A stretch of 64,000 nucleotides of DNA from an uncultured Verrucomicrobia subdivision 3 bacterium (lineage in GTDB: Bacteria > Verrucomicrobiota > Verrucomicrobiia > Limisphaerales > UBA11358). The position numbers and the translations under genes were made by a program. How positions within the stretch are numbered: the first letter of the stretch is position 1; each line of letters opens with the position of its first letter. Where the stretch lies: positions 51-64,050 of the forward strand of contig CAIQEI010000134.1 of assembly GCA_903870815.1 (NCBI GenBank). The letters are read 5' to 3'. The notes below the pieces were generated by a model that saw only the letters and a program-made list of their open reading frames with translations, did not search any database and was not told where the DNA came from. This document shows positions 1-9,111 of the stretch, piece by piece.

Positions 1-2
1 AC

Positions 3-239
3 GTCGCCACGCTCATCGAGGCGGCGGACGCCGTGGCCAAGACTTCCGCGGTACAACTGGTGGAAGTCCGCCTCGCGATGGCGATGGGCGGGAAAGCCTT
101 CTGCTCGATGACCGGTGACGTGTCGTCGGTCCAGGCCGGCGTGGCAGCGGGCCGCGCAGTGCTGGCCGAGGCCGGCGTACTCGTGAACAGCGTGGTCATC
201 TCCCGCCCGCATCCCGACGTCTACCGCGAAGTGGTTTGA
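3..239 (+). CDS. Bacterial microcompartment shell protein (BMC-H, PduA/EutM/CcmK-like), C-terminal part; the 5' end lies outside the window
   Basis: The frame is open from base 3. VATLIEAADAVAKTSAVQLVEV...GDVSSVQAGVAAGRAV...VVISRPHPDV fits the BMC-domain signature (AxDAxxK, GDVxxV, IxRPH). Stop at 237-239. Confidence 0.8.
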   Translation, partial: VATLIEAADAVAKTSAVQLVEVRLAMAMGGKAFCSMTGDVSSVQAGVAAGRAVLAEAGVLVNSVVISRPHPDVYREVV

Positions 240-241
240 TT

Positions 242-1138
242 TCAGCCGAGAATCGTCAGGACCACGCCGATCAAAATGCCAATGACCGCGGGCAGCTTGC
301 GCCAGCCGTTGGCCTCGTGGAAAAAATACAGCCCGCCCGCAAACGCCACCAGCGTGCTCGCCCGCCGCAAGCTCATCACAATAGCAACCAGCCCGTGGGG
401 ATTGCGCAGCGCACTGAAATACAGATAATCCGCCGCCAGCAGCAGCAGCGCGATGAACGGGATGCTCCAGCGCCAGGCAAATTCATTACGCGGCCACAGC
501 CGCAGTTTCCAACCCAGCGCGAACGGCCCGAAAAACACCGGCAGGTAAAGGGAGAACCAGCACTGGACCGTCGGCACAGAAAATTTCACCGTGCCTAGCA
601 GATACTTGTCGTAGAGCGAACTCACCGCGCCCAAAAATGTTCCCACCAGCAGGAGGCCAACCCATTTATTGCGGTGAAAATGGACGCCCTCGCGCGCGCC
701 AGCGACCGAGAGGCCCACGAACGAGCCCAGCGTGGTCAGGATGCCGATGGTTTCCAGAATGGTCGGGCGTTCGCCCAGAATCAGGATTGCGCCGAATAGG
801 GTAAGCAGCGGGCTGGTGGCGCGGAGCGGGGCGCCGAGCGAGAGCGGCAAGTGTTTGAGCGAGTAATAAGTGCCGATCCAAGACGCAGCGACGATACCAG
901 ATTTCAGCAGCAGTTGCAGATGCTGCGACCACGTCAACGCGTCCGGGACGAGCGCCGGCGGCAGCAGCCCCGGCCGCACCGCCTCCACCAGCAGCAGGCA
1001 CCCCCACACAGCCGCGCCGGTGAGCGTGCTAAAAAACAGCACCGGCGTCACCGCGTTCGCCCGCACCGCGTGCTTGATGCAGAGATCGTATAGGCCGAGA
1101 AAAAACGCGGACAATAATATGGCAACCACCCAGTTCAT
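242..1138 (-). CDS. EamA/DMT-family permease
   Basis: 298 aa, almost entirely hydrophobic helices arranged as two EamA-like halves. ATG start; no competing ORF of similar quality. Confidence 0.7.
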   Translation of the reverse strand: MNWVVAILLSAFFLGLYDLCIKHAVRANAVTPVLFFSTLTGAAVWGCLLLVEAVRPGLLPPALVPDALTWSQHLQLLLKSGIVAASWIGTYYSLKHLPLSLGAPLRATSPLLTLFGAILILGERPTILETIGILTTLGSFVGLSVAGAREGVHFHRNKWVGLLLVGTFLGAVSSLYDKYLLGTVKFSVPTVQCWFSLYLPVFFGPFALGWKLRLWPRNEFAWRWSIPFIALLLLAADYLYFSALRNPHGLVAIVMSLRRASTLVAFAGGLYFFHEANGWRKLPAVIGILIGVVLTILG

Positions 1139-1274
1139 CCAAAGCGGACAGGATAATTTCCCACCGCGCCGAAGGCGAACCCATAAACGCCCCGAACGTT
1201 GACCAGAGCATTTCCATCAAATCCGTAGCAATGGGCCGATGGTTCTGGTGGACAGCGGTCGCCGCGAGTCTTGC

Positions 1275-2846
1275 TCAGGCCGCCAGGTGCCTCGCCTGGC
1301 GCCGGGGCAGCGAACGGTCGCGCGCACGGAGGCTGGACCGGCTTTCCGCCGGCAGAAACTCCCGCAGGAACTCCGGCGCGTCCCGCCGGCCGGTGCGCTG
1401 GCAATCGCGCCAGAAAGCGGCCGCGACGAACTTCGCATCCAGCTGAATTTCGCGCGTCAGAAATTCAAAAAGCATTTCCATCAGCCGCGCCAGCGCGATG
1501 CTGTCCGTGCGGGCGATTTTCACGTAGAGCCAGTCGCTGAACCGGAGAAAACTGTGGAACGGCGAGGCGCCGTCAGGCCAGATCAACGGCACGGTGGCAA
1601 CGAAGTTGCCGCTATTGCCAACCAGGTCCCAATATTTTGCGAAGCGCCGCAGCCGCTGCAGCGCGGCGAAATCCAGCAGCCGGTTCTGCAAAATCTCATA
1701 AGGCGGATGCGCGTGGTAAACCATCCGCCATTCCGCGTCGTGCCGCACAATCGGAGTGCCGCGCAGCCGCTTCAAAATGCCGACCTGGATTTCCTGCGGG
1801 CCGAGGGCAATGAGTTGATCGAAGCCAGCGGCAAAGCTGGCCAGCGTTTCGCCGGGTAGGCCGACGATGAGATCCGCGTGAAGGTGGACGTTGGTTTGAT
1901 TCCGCAAATAAGTGAAATTGTCCGCCAAGCGTTCGTAATTCTGCCGGCGGCTGATGAGCGCGCCGACTTCGGGATTGAAGGTCTGGATGCCCACCTCGAA
2001 TTGCAGCGAGCCGGGCGGAAACCGGGCGATGACTTCGCGCAGCTCGGCGGGGAGACGGTCGGGGATCATTTCGAAATGAAAAAACATCCCCGGCTGGTAA
2101 CGCGCCAGAAAAAATTCAAGCAGCGTCCGGCTGGTGGCGAGGTTCAGATTGAACGTGCGGTCCACAAATTTGAATTGCTTCAGTCCGCGATCCAGCAACC
2201 GTTGCATTGCGGCGAGAAATTGGTCCAGCGGCACTGATCGCACCGGAATATCGAGCGACGACAGGCAGAATTCACAGGTGAAGGGACAGCCGCGCGACGC
2301 CTCGACATACACAATGCGGTGCGCGAGATCCGCGTCCGTGTAAAAATCATAGGGCAGCGCGAGGCGCGAAAATTCCGGCAGCTCGGCGGGAATGATTTTT
2401 GGAAGGGTGGCATGGACGCACTGCTGCTCGCCCTGGCCGAGCCGCAGCTCGGCCCTACCACTCAATAAAACCCGGCACACCTCGGCAAATTTCAGGTCCG
2501 CCTCGCCGGTGATGACGTGGTCGGCCAGCGCGACAATGGCTTGGTCTCCGGTTTCATAGCTGACTTCCGGGCCGCCTAAAACGATCTTAATCTCCGGCCG
2601 GACCCGCCGGATGGCGGTGATGACCTCGGTGGTTTCCTCGACATTCCAAATATAAATTCCAAAACCGATGATTTTGGGTTCGCGCGCCAGCAGCGCCCCG
2701 GCGATGTCGAGCGGGCGCAGGTTGATGTCGAACTCGGCGATGACGGCGCGCGGCTGGAGCTCGCCGAGGTTGGCAAAAAGATAGCGCAACCCGAACGCGG
2801 CGTGGATGAACTTCGCGTTGAGCGTGGTGAGGACGATGTCCGGCAT
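1275..2846 (-). CDS. B12-binding-domain radical SAM protein (DUF4080-type C-terminus)
   Basis: N-terminal Rossmann-like segment (KIIGFGIYIWN, IVLGGPEVS) followed by the CPFTCEFC CxxxCxxC cluster motif. I place the start at ATG 2846 (MPDIVLTT); the 51 upstream codons in the track look like read-through. Confidence 0.8.
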   Translation of the reverse strand: MPDIVLTTLNAKFIHAAFGLRYLFANLGELQPRAVIAEFDINLRPLDIAGALLAREPKIIGFGIYIWNVEETTEVITAIRRVRPEIKIVLGGPEVSYETGDQAIVALADHVITGEADLKFAEVCRVLLSGRAELRLGQGEQQCVHATLPKIIPAELPEFSRLALPYDFYTDADLAHRIVYVEASRGCPFTCEFCLSSLDIPVRSVPLDQFLAAMQRLLDRGLKQFKFVDRTFNLNLATSRTLLEFFLARYQPGMFFHFEMIPDRLPAELREVIARFPPGSLQFEVGIQTFNPEVGALISRRQNYERLADNFTYLRNQTNVHLHADLIVGLPGETLASFAAGFDQLIALGPQEIQVGILKRLRGTPIVRHDAEWRMVYHAHPPYEILQNRLLDFAALQRLRRFAKYWDLVGNSGNFVATVPLIWPDGASPFHSFLRFSDWLYVKIARTDSIALARLMEMLFEFLTREIQLDAKFVAAAFWRDCQRTGRRDAPEFLREFLPAESRSSLRARDRSLPRRQARHLAA

Positions 2847-3064
2847 CGCCCAGAATTTAGCAGCCGCCGCCGCGCGAGCCAAAGCGGAAATCCAGCAGCT
2901 GCCAATCCACCCGGACCATTCCGGCCGCCGGGGGACGGCCGGAGGAAGGGCCGATTCGGTGAAAACTGCCGGGGAACCAGTTTTTCCGCGGCAATCCAAG
3001 ATTAGGATTTGCCAATAGCGGTTTAGAATAATTTCCCGGCGGGTGTCATGTTTTGGTCACAGCT

Positions 3065-3394
3065 ATGAAAAAAATCGCACTCCTCGCAATCCCGGCGGCG
3101 TTCGCGCTCGCCTTCACCACCACCGCCATGGCCGCCGACGGCAAAGCGGTTTACACCGACAACTGCGCCAAATGCCACGGCGAAGACGGCAAAGGCGCCA
3201 CGAAGATGGGCACCAAACTCGGTGCGCGCGATTACACCGACGCGACCGTGCAGGCGTCCATCACCGACGACCAGGCATTCAAGTCCATCAAGGAAGGCAT
3301 GAAGAAGGACGACAAGACACTGATGAAGCCGTCCGAGCTTTCGGATGAAGACATCAAGGCCTCCGTCGCCTACCTGCGGACGTTCAAGAAATAA
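3065..3394 (+). CDS. Small secreted mono-heme c-type cytochrome
   Basis: Signal peptide MKKIALLAIPAAFALAFTTTAMA and a single CAKCH heme-binding motif. ATG 3065 is preferred over TTG 3053. Confidence 0.8.
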   Translation: MKKIALLAIPAAFALAFTTTAMAADGKAVYTDNCAKCHGEDGKGATKMGTKLGARDYTDATVQASITDDQAFKSIKEGMKKDDKTLMKPSELSDEDIKASVAYLRTFKK

Positions 3395-3543
3395 TCCGGC
3401 GGCAGTTCGCCCCGGCGAGAAAATTTGCGGCGCCCTGTTTTTAAGCCGGTGTGGTTTGACCGGCGGTGGTTTTTGCGGGGCGCCGCACCCCCTCGAAAAC
3501 GCTTTTGCCGCGCGCGCCGGTGGGGCAAGCTGGCACCCACGGC

Positions 3544-4830
3544 ATGAACATCGCCATCATCGGACTCGGTTACGTGGGCCTACCGCTGTGCCTGCAATTT
3601 GCGCGCAGCGGCGTACGGGTGCTGGGTCTCGACCTGGACGCCAAAAAAGTTTCCGGGCTCAATGCGGGCCGGAGCCACATCCGGCACATCCCCGCTGGTG
3701 AAATCAAAAAGCTCGTCCGCACCGGAAAGTTTTCCTCCGCCACCGACTTCGCCAGAATCAAAGAGGTGGAAGCGATTTTGATATGCGTCCCCACCCCGCT
3801 GAAAAAGAACCGGACGCCGGACTTGTCCTTCGTGCTGAAGACCGGCCGAAGCATCGCCCGCCATCTGCAATGCGGACAGGTCGTCGCCCTGGAATCCACC
3901 ACCTATCCCGGCACGACGGAGAATGAGCTGCGCGAGGTGTTGGAACGCGGATCGGGACTGAAAGCCGGAAAAGATTTTCACCTTGCCTATTCGCCGGAGC
4001 GCGAAGACCCGGGCAATCCCGCCAGCCGGGTCGGGGACATTCCCCGGCTCATCGGCGGCTACACGCCCGCCTGCCTCGCGGCGGCGGTAAAAGTTTATGG
4101 CCGGGCGGTCCGCATATTGATCCCCGTGGCTAACTGCCGCACCGCCGAGGCGGCCAAACTGCTGGAAAATGTCTTTCGCAGCGTCAATATCGCACTCGTC
4201 AACGAGCTGAAGGGGGTCTACGCCGCCCTGGACATCGACATCTGGGACGTGGTCGCCGCCGCACGCACCAAGCCATTCGGCTTCATGCCGTTTTATCCCG
4301 GACCGGGCCTAGGCGGCCATTGCATCCCGATTGACCCGTTTTACCTTGCCTGGAAAGCGCGGCAGGCCGGGCAGGAAACGCGATTTGTGGAACTCGCCGG
4401 CGAGATCAACCGCGCCATGCCCGGACGCGTCGTGGACCGCGTGGCGCAGGCGCTTGCGGGGCGGCGGGAAAAACTGCGCGGGGCGCGGGTGCTGGTGTTG
4501 GGCCTGGCTTACAAGGCCAACGTGGAGGACGACCGCGAATCGCCCAGCTATGTGCTGCTGGACCGGCTCAAAGCGCGCGGGGCAACCGTGGCATATCATG
4601 ATCCATACGTGCCGGTCATCAAACCCACGCGGGGGCATCCACACTGGGCGGGGGAAAAATCCGTGAAATGGAACCGGCGGACGATCTCGGGATTTGACGC
4701 GGTCTTAATTGCCACGGCTCATGACGCAGTGGATTACCAGCAACTGGCCGACTGGTCACCGTTGATCGTGGACACGCGCAATGTGATGGCGCAATGCCGG
4801 GTGACGCCAGGAAAAGTCTGGAAGGCATAA
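3544..4830 (+). CDS. Nucleotide-sugar dehydrogenase (UDP-N-acetyl-D-mannosamine/glucosamine dehydrogenase-like)
   Basis: MNIAIIGLGYVGLP Rossmann start at ATG 3544 and catalytic-Cys region GLGGHCIPIDP. This is the UDP-glucose/GDP-mannose dehydrogenase family architecture. Confidence 0.8.
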   Translation: MNIAIIGLGYVGLPLCLQFARSGVRVLGLDLDAKKVSGLNAGRSHIRHIPAGEIKKLVRTGKFSSATDFARIKEVEAILICVPTPLKKNRTPDLSFVLKTGRSIARHLQCGQVVALESTTYPGTTENELREVLERGSGLKAGKDFHLAYSPEREDPGNPASRVGDIPRLIGGYTPACLAAAVKVYGRAVRILIPVANCRTAEAAKLLENVFRSVNIALVNELKGVYAALDIDIWDVVAAARTKPFGFMPFYPGPGLGGHCIPIDPFYLAWKARQAGQETRFVELAGEINRAMPGRVVDRVAQALAGRREKLRGARVLVLGLAYKANVEDDRESPSYVLLDRLKARGATVAYHDPYVPVIKPTRGHPHWAGEKSVKWNRRTISGFDAVLIATAHDAVDYQQLADWSPLIVDTRNVMAQCRVTPGKVWKA

Positions 4831-4890
4831 AGTGCGGGCGGTTTCCGCTTGCCTTTTGGCGGCGGGGGGAAAAGACTTTCCCTTCATTAT

Positions 4891-5592
4891 ATGCAAACTC
4901 AAGACGCACCCACAGAATTGCTCATCAAGTTTTGGCCGTGGTTTGAAGCCAACCGCAAACGACTGATCGTCACCGCGGTGGCCGCGGGCGCGATTCTGCT
5001 CATCTGGTATTTCATCACCACCCAGCGGGAACAGAAGGCGATTAACGCCGGCCAGGCATTCACGACGCTACAACTGACCCTGCCGCCGAGCTCGACGGCG
5101 CAGCAGGTCGCGGAAGATTTCTCGCAGCTCGCCAGCAAGTATTCCGGCACACTGGCGGGGCAGCGGGCGCAATTGCAGGCAGCCTCGGTGCTGTTTGACG
5201 CCGGGCGCTACGCGGAGGCGCAAGCGCAGTTCGATAAATTTTCCGGCGCCAACCCCGGCAGTCCACTGGCGGCAGCGGCAAGGCTGGGCGTGGCGGCGAG
5301 CCTGGAGGCGCAAGACAAACTCGAAGAGGCCGCGACGGCATACCGCGCGGTGATCAGCAGCTACCCGGAATCCACGGAGGCGCTGCCGGCGAAATTTTCA
5401 CTGGGCCGCGTGCTGGAGTTGCAGGGCAAACTGACCGAGGCGACCAGCTATTACAAGGAAGTGACCCGTTCCCAGCTGGCGGGTTCGCTTGGCCAGGAAG
5501 CGGCCCAGCGGCTGGCGCAAATCCAGGTTAAACTCGCGGCCGCCAAACCAGCCGCGCCGGCCACACCTGCCTCACCCACCCTCAAGAATTAA
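4891..5592 (+). CDS. Membrane-anchored TPR-like protein (YfgM-like topology)
   Basis: N-terminal TM helix LIVTAVAAGAILLIWYFI followed by Ala/Gln-rich TPR-like helices. ATG 4891; the stop is adjacent to the ugd start. Confidence 0.55.
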   Translation: MQTQDAPTELLIKFWPWFEANRKRLIVTAVAAGAILLIWYFITTQREQKAINAGQAFTTLQLTLPPSSTAQQVAEDFSQLASKYSGTLAGQRAQLQAASVLFDAGRYAEAQAQFDKFSGANPGSPLAAAARLGVAASLEAQDKLEEAATAYRAVISSYPESTEALPAKFSLGRVLELQGKLTEATSYYKEVTRSQLAGSLGQEAAQRLAQIQVKLAAAKPAAPATPASPTLKN

Positions 5593-5593
5593 C

Positions 5594-6883
5594 ATGAAGC
5601 TGTCCATCATCGGCACCGGCTATGTCGGCCTCGTCACGGGAACCTGCTTTGCCGAGGTAGGCCACCAGGTCATCTGTGTGGACAATGACGCGGCGAAAGT
5701 AAAACTGCTCCAGTCCGGGGGAATACCGATTTACGAACCCGGCCTCGAAGAACTCGTCAAAAAGCACGTGGCCACCGGCCGGCTTCAGTTCACGAACAGC
5801 ACCGCCGAGGGCGTCCAGAATTCCGACGTGATATTCATCGCGGTACCGACCCCGCCGCAGCCGGACGGCTCGGTGGATTTGAGCTACATCGAACGCGTCG
5901 CCCGAGACATTGCGGCGGCGATGACGAGCTACAAGATCGTCGTGGACAAAAGCACCGTACCCGTCAAGACCGGCGAAAAGGTTTCCCAGACGATCAAACG
6001 CTACTGCCCGGCCAAGGTGGAGTTTGACGTGGTCAGCAATCCGGAATTCCTGCGCGAGGGTTTTGCCGTCGGCGATTTGATGAATCCCGACCGCGTGGTG
6101 ATCGGCGTGGCCTCACCGCGTCCCGTGGCCGCGATGCGGGAAATCTATACGCCGTTCAAGGCGCCCATCATCGTGACGGACATCAACTCGGCCGAGCTCA
6201 TCAAACACGCCGCGAATTCTTTTCTGGCGCTGAAGATCTCCTACATCAACGCCATCGCGACCGTCTGCGAGGCCGCCGGCGCAAACGTGCAGGAAGTCGC
6301 CCAGGGCATCGGCTTAGACGAGCGCATCGGCCGCCGATTCCTCAACGCCGGCATTGGCTTTGGCGGCAGCTGTTTTCCGAAGGACCTGAGCGCTTTCATC
6401 AAGATTTCCGAGCAGGTCGGCTACGAATTCAAGCTCCTCAAGGAGGTCCAGCGCATCAACGCCGACCAGATGGAGCGGTTCGTCAAAAAAATCACCGACA
6501 CGCTCTGGGTCTTGAAAGACAAGAAAATCGGCGTGCTCGGCCTGGCGTTCAAGCAGAACACCGACGACGTGCGTTCCTCGCCCGCGATCGACCTCTGCCA
6601 GCGGCTGCTCAAGGACGGCGCGACCCTGCGCGTCCATGACCCGAAAGCGATGGACAAGGCCCGCCCACTGCTACCGAATGTGACTTACGTGGACGACTTG
6701 AACGCCGTGGCCGAAGGCTGCGATGCGCTGGTGGTGGCGACGGAATGGGACGAGTTCAAGCAGCTGGACCTGGCCCGCGCCAAAAGCTCGCTGACACATC
6801 CCATCCTGTTCGACGGTCGCAACCTGTTTGACCCGGCGGAAATGGAGAAGCTCGGCTGGATCTACAAGAGCGTCGGACGTTAG
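5594..6883 (+). CDS. ugd: UDP-glucose 6-dehydrogenase
   Basis: MKLSIIGTGYVGLVTG, GFGGSCFPKD catalytic motif, 429 aa. Confidence 0.85.
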   Translation: MKLSIIGTGYVGLVTGTCFAEVGHQVICVDNDAAKVKLLQSGGIPIYEPGLEELVKKHVATGRLQFTNSTAEGVQNSDVIFIAVPTPPQPDGSVDLSYIERVARDIAAAMTSYKIVVDKSTVPVKTGEKVSQTIKRYCPAKVEFDVVSNPEFLREGFAVGDLMNPDRVVIGVASPRPVAAMREIYTPFKAPIIVTDINSAELIKHAANSFLALKISYINAIATVCEAAGANVQEVAQGIGLDERIGRRFLNAGIGFGGSCFPKDLSAFIKISEQVGYEFKLLKEVQRINADQMERFVKKITDTLWVLKDKKIGVLGLAFKQNTDDVRSSPAIDLCQRLLKDGATLRVHDPKAMDKARPLLPNVTYVDDLNAVAEGCDALVVATEWDEFKQLDLARAKSSLTHPILFDGRNLFDPAEMEKLGWIYKSVGR

Positions 6884-6915
6884 GTTTGGTTTGAAGTTTT
6901 TGATGTTTAGTTGAG

Positions 6916-7362
6916 ATGAACCGATCCGCTTCCAGTTCAACTCATGACACAGAATTAAAAACTTTAGGTATCATCGAAGTGAGCGCCGCACTCATCTTCG
7001 GCGACGGCAAACTGCTCATCACCCAGCGCCTCGCAAAAGCGCACCTCGGCGGACTCTGGGAATTTCCAGGCGGCAAACGCGAAGGATCCGAAACCTTTGA
7101 GGAGTGCCTCGTCCGTGAGATCCGCGAGGAACTGGGCGTGGAAATTTCGGTTGGTGAATTATTCGAAGAGATTCGCCACGACTATCCGGGCAAGTCCGTC
7201 CACTTGAAATTTTTTATCTGCCAGCTCCGGGCGGGCGAACCGCAGCCGCTGGACTGTGCGGCGGTAAAATGGGTCGATCAAGCCGGGCTGGCGGGGCTGG
7301 AGTTTCCGGCAGCGGACGCGCGCCTGCTCGGTAAGCTACGCGGCCATGTTTTTCCCGGTTGA
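6916..7362 (+). CDS. mutT: NUDIX hydrolase, MutT-like (8-oxo-dGTP diphosphatase family)
   Basis: Nudix box GGKREGSETFEECLVREIREELGV. Confidence 0.8.
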   Translation: MNRSASSSTHDTELKTLGIIEVSAALIFGDGKLLITQRLAKAHLGGLWEFPGGKREGSETFEECLVREIREELGVEISVGELFEEIRHDYPGKSVHLKFFICQLRAGEPQPLDCAAVKWVDQAGLAGLEFPAADARLLGKLRGHVFPG

Positions 7363-7450
7363 GGCAATTCCCACCTACTCGTCGCCGGGCAAATGGGCTT
7401 TCCGCGTCTGCTATTGAAAATTGGGGTGGCTTCTGCAAGGATGTCCCGGC

Positions 7451-7526
7451 GGGCCTGTAGCTCAATGGTTAGAGCAGAGCACTCATAATGCTTTGGTTCT
7501 CGGTTCGAGTCCGAGCAGGCCCACCA
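7451..7526 (+). tRNA. tRNA with CAT anticodon (elongator Met, or Ile2 if lysidine-modified)
   Basis: 76-nt cloverleaf: acceptor GGGCCTG/CAGGCCC, D arm GCTC-AATGGTTA-GAGC, anticodon arm GAGCA-CTCATAA-TGCTT, T arm CTCGG-TTCGAGT-CCGAG, encoded CCA. It lacks the initiator 1:72 mismatch. Confidence 0.9.
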
Positions 7527-7577
7527 AGCCGATTTACAACAAGGCGACCGGCAGCGCGCTACCGCGATATTCCAAAT

Positions 7578-9062
7578 TTATAGCTGCACAAGAACGGCAA
7601 GAAGCTTTTGACCAAAAAAAGTCCAGATTACCGCCGCCAGCGCGATGTAGGGGCCGTAGGGAATTCTAGATGACCATTCACTACGTTTCATCACAATCAA
7701 AGTCACGCCGACCAGCGAGCCGATGAGCGAACTCGCCATTAAGGAAAACACAGCGCCCTGCCAGCCGATAAATGCACCGATTGCCGCCATGAATTTCACA
7801 TCGCCCAGCCCCATCGCTTCACGAGGCATTACCATCCGATCGGTCACAACTTCCATGTACGGCACAGCTTCGGGATCAAACTCGGCAGCTCCAATTTTGA
7901 GTTTAAGCGGCGTCAACCGCACGGGCACATCGAGCCAGGAACTAAATTGCATTTCGACTTTTCGCGCCTGGAAGCTGATGGCGTCGGTTTTGCGGTAAAA
8001 AATATCGCCACTTTCAAACAACAGGTCAGCTGGGCACAACCACGCCTCCTCCGAGGTAAAAACCAGGTGCGTACCCGGCAGGATTTTGGGCTTAGCTTTT
8101 CGAGCCAGAGTTTCGAACAACGACCAAAACCCATCAGTCAATAACCGGAAACGATCCGGTTTAAAACCGATAGATTTTGCAATTTTGCCTGGCGATAGCG
8201 GCCGCACATAAACGGCTTCAAATTGAGGCAATTCAGCGCGATCCATTACTTCTTCGCCTAACGGGGTTTGGAAATAGATTTTAGATTTGGAAATTGCCAC
8301 CACCCCCTCGGGGTAGCAGCGATCGGCCAATTCAATTTTCATCGCCTTAAACACAAACCAACCCGTTGATCTTTGATAAAGCCGATCCAACGACAGGCGT
8401 TTTGGCGGATACGAGATGGCAGATTCAGTAAATTTCACCAGCGATTCCGGGTCGAGCTCCAAAAGATATTTTCCGAATAATAGTTTTCCCAACCGCAGCA
8501 CGGCGTAGACGATGCCTGCGCCGACCACGATGCCGACCAGGCTGCGCACCGTGCCCTGCCCCACCGATGCCGCGCCGTGCAGCGACGGCAGGAAAATGGA
8601 GATCAGCAAGCCCACCGCCGCGCCGCCAAAGGTGATTTCGTCCGGGATGATGAAATGCTCGAAGTCGATGAACGTCGCCACAATCAGGCCGGCGAGAAAC
8701 AGGCAATATACCCCCGCAATCCACGGTGACGTTGCCCCGAATACCAGCCAGCACCCGAGAAACGCCGCGCCCGTCAACAGCTCGACGATGAAGTAACGCG
8801 GTGAAATGGGCGCACCGCAGTTCCGGCAACGGCCGCGCAGCGAGAGCCACGTCAGCAGCGGCACGTTCAGATAAAACGGGATGGCGTTTTTGCAATGCGG
8901 GCAATGCGACGGCGGCGACACCACGCTGAGATCCAGCGGCATCCGGTAAATGCAGACGTTCAGGAAACTGCCGACGACGCAGCCGAAGGAAAAGAACACC
9001 AGCGACCAGAAATGAAACGGCACCACCGTCCAGTTGTGGGGATTGAAAATATTATCAAACAT
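7578..9062 (-). CDS. pilD: Prepilin peptidase (A24 family, PilD-like) with a large internal insert
   Basis: N-terminal Cys-rich region CPHCKNAI...CRNCG, first Asp region FIDFEHFIIPDE, second catalytic motif MGLGDVKF. At 494 aa it is about 200 aa longer than a typical PilD. Confidence 0.8.
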   Translation of the reverse strand: MFDNIFNPHNWTVVPFHFWSLVFFSFGCVVGSFLNVCIYRMPLDLSVVSPPSHCPHCKNAIPFYLNVPLLTWLSLRGRCRNCGAPISPRYFIVELLTGAAFLGCWLVFGATSPWIAGVYCLFLAGLIVATFIDFEHFIIPDEITFGGAAVGLLISIFLPSLHGAASVGQGTVRSLVGIVVGAGIVYAVLRLGKLLFGKYLLELDPESLVKFTESAISYPPKRLSLDRLYQRSTGWFVFKAMKIELADRCYPEGVVAISKSKIYFQTPLGEEVMDRAELPQFEAVYVRPLSPGKIAKSIGFKPDRFRLLTDGFWSLFETLARKAKPKILPGTHLVFTSEEAWLCPADLLFESGDIFYRKTDAISFQARKVEMQFSSWLDVPVRLTPLKLKIGAAEFDPEAVPYMEVVTDRMVMPREAMGLGDVKFMAAIGAFIGWQGAVFSLMASSLIGSLVGVTLIVMKRSEWSSRIPYGPYIALAAVIWTFFGQKLLAVLVQL

Positions 9063-9111
9063 GGCTGGTTAAGTCCAAAGTCCCCAGGTGCGCCGCCGGT
9101 CAAACTTGCGA

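Noticed and set aside
2998-3009. The 12-mer AAGATTAGGATT, shared with 25497-25508, both in divergent promoter regions.
   Set aside because: With about 2e9 position pairs in 64 kb, on the order of a hundred exact 12-mer coincidences are expected by chance. There is no flanking similarity.
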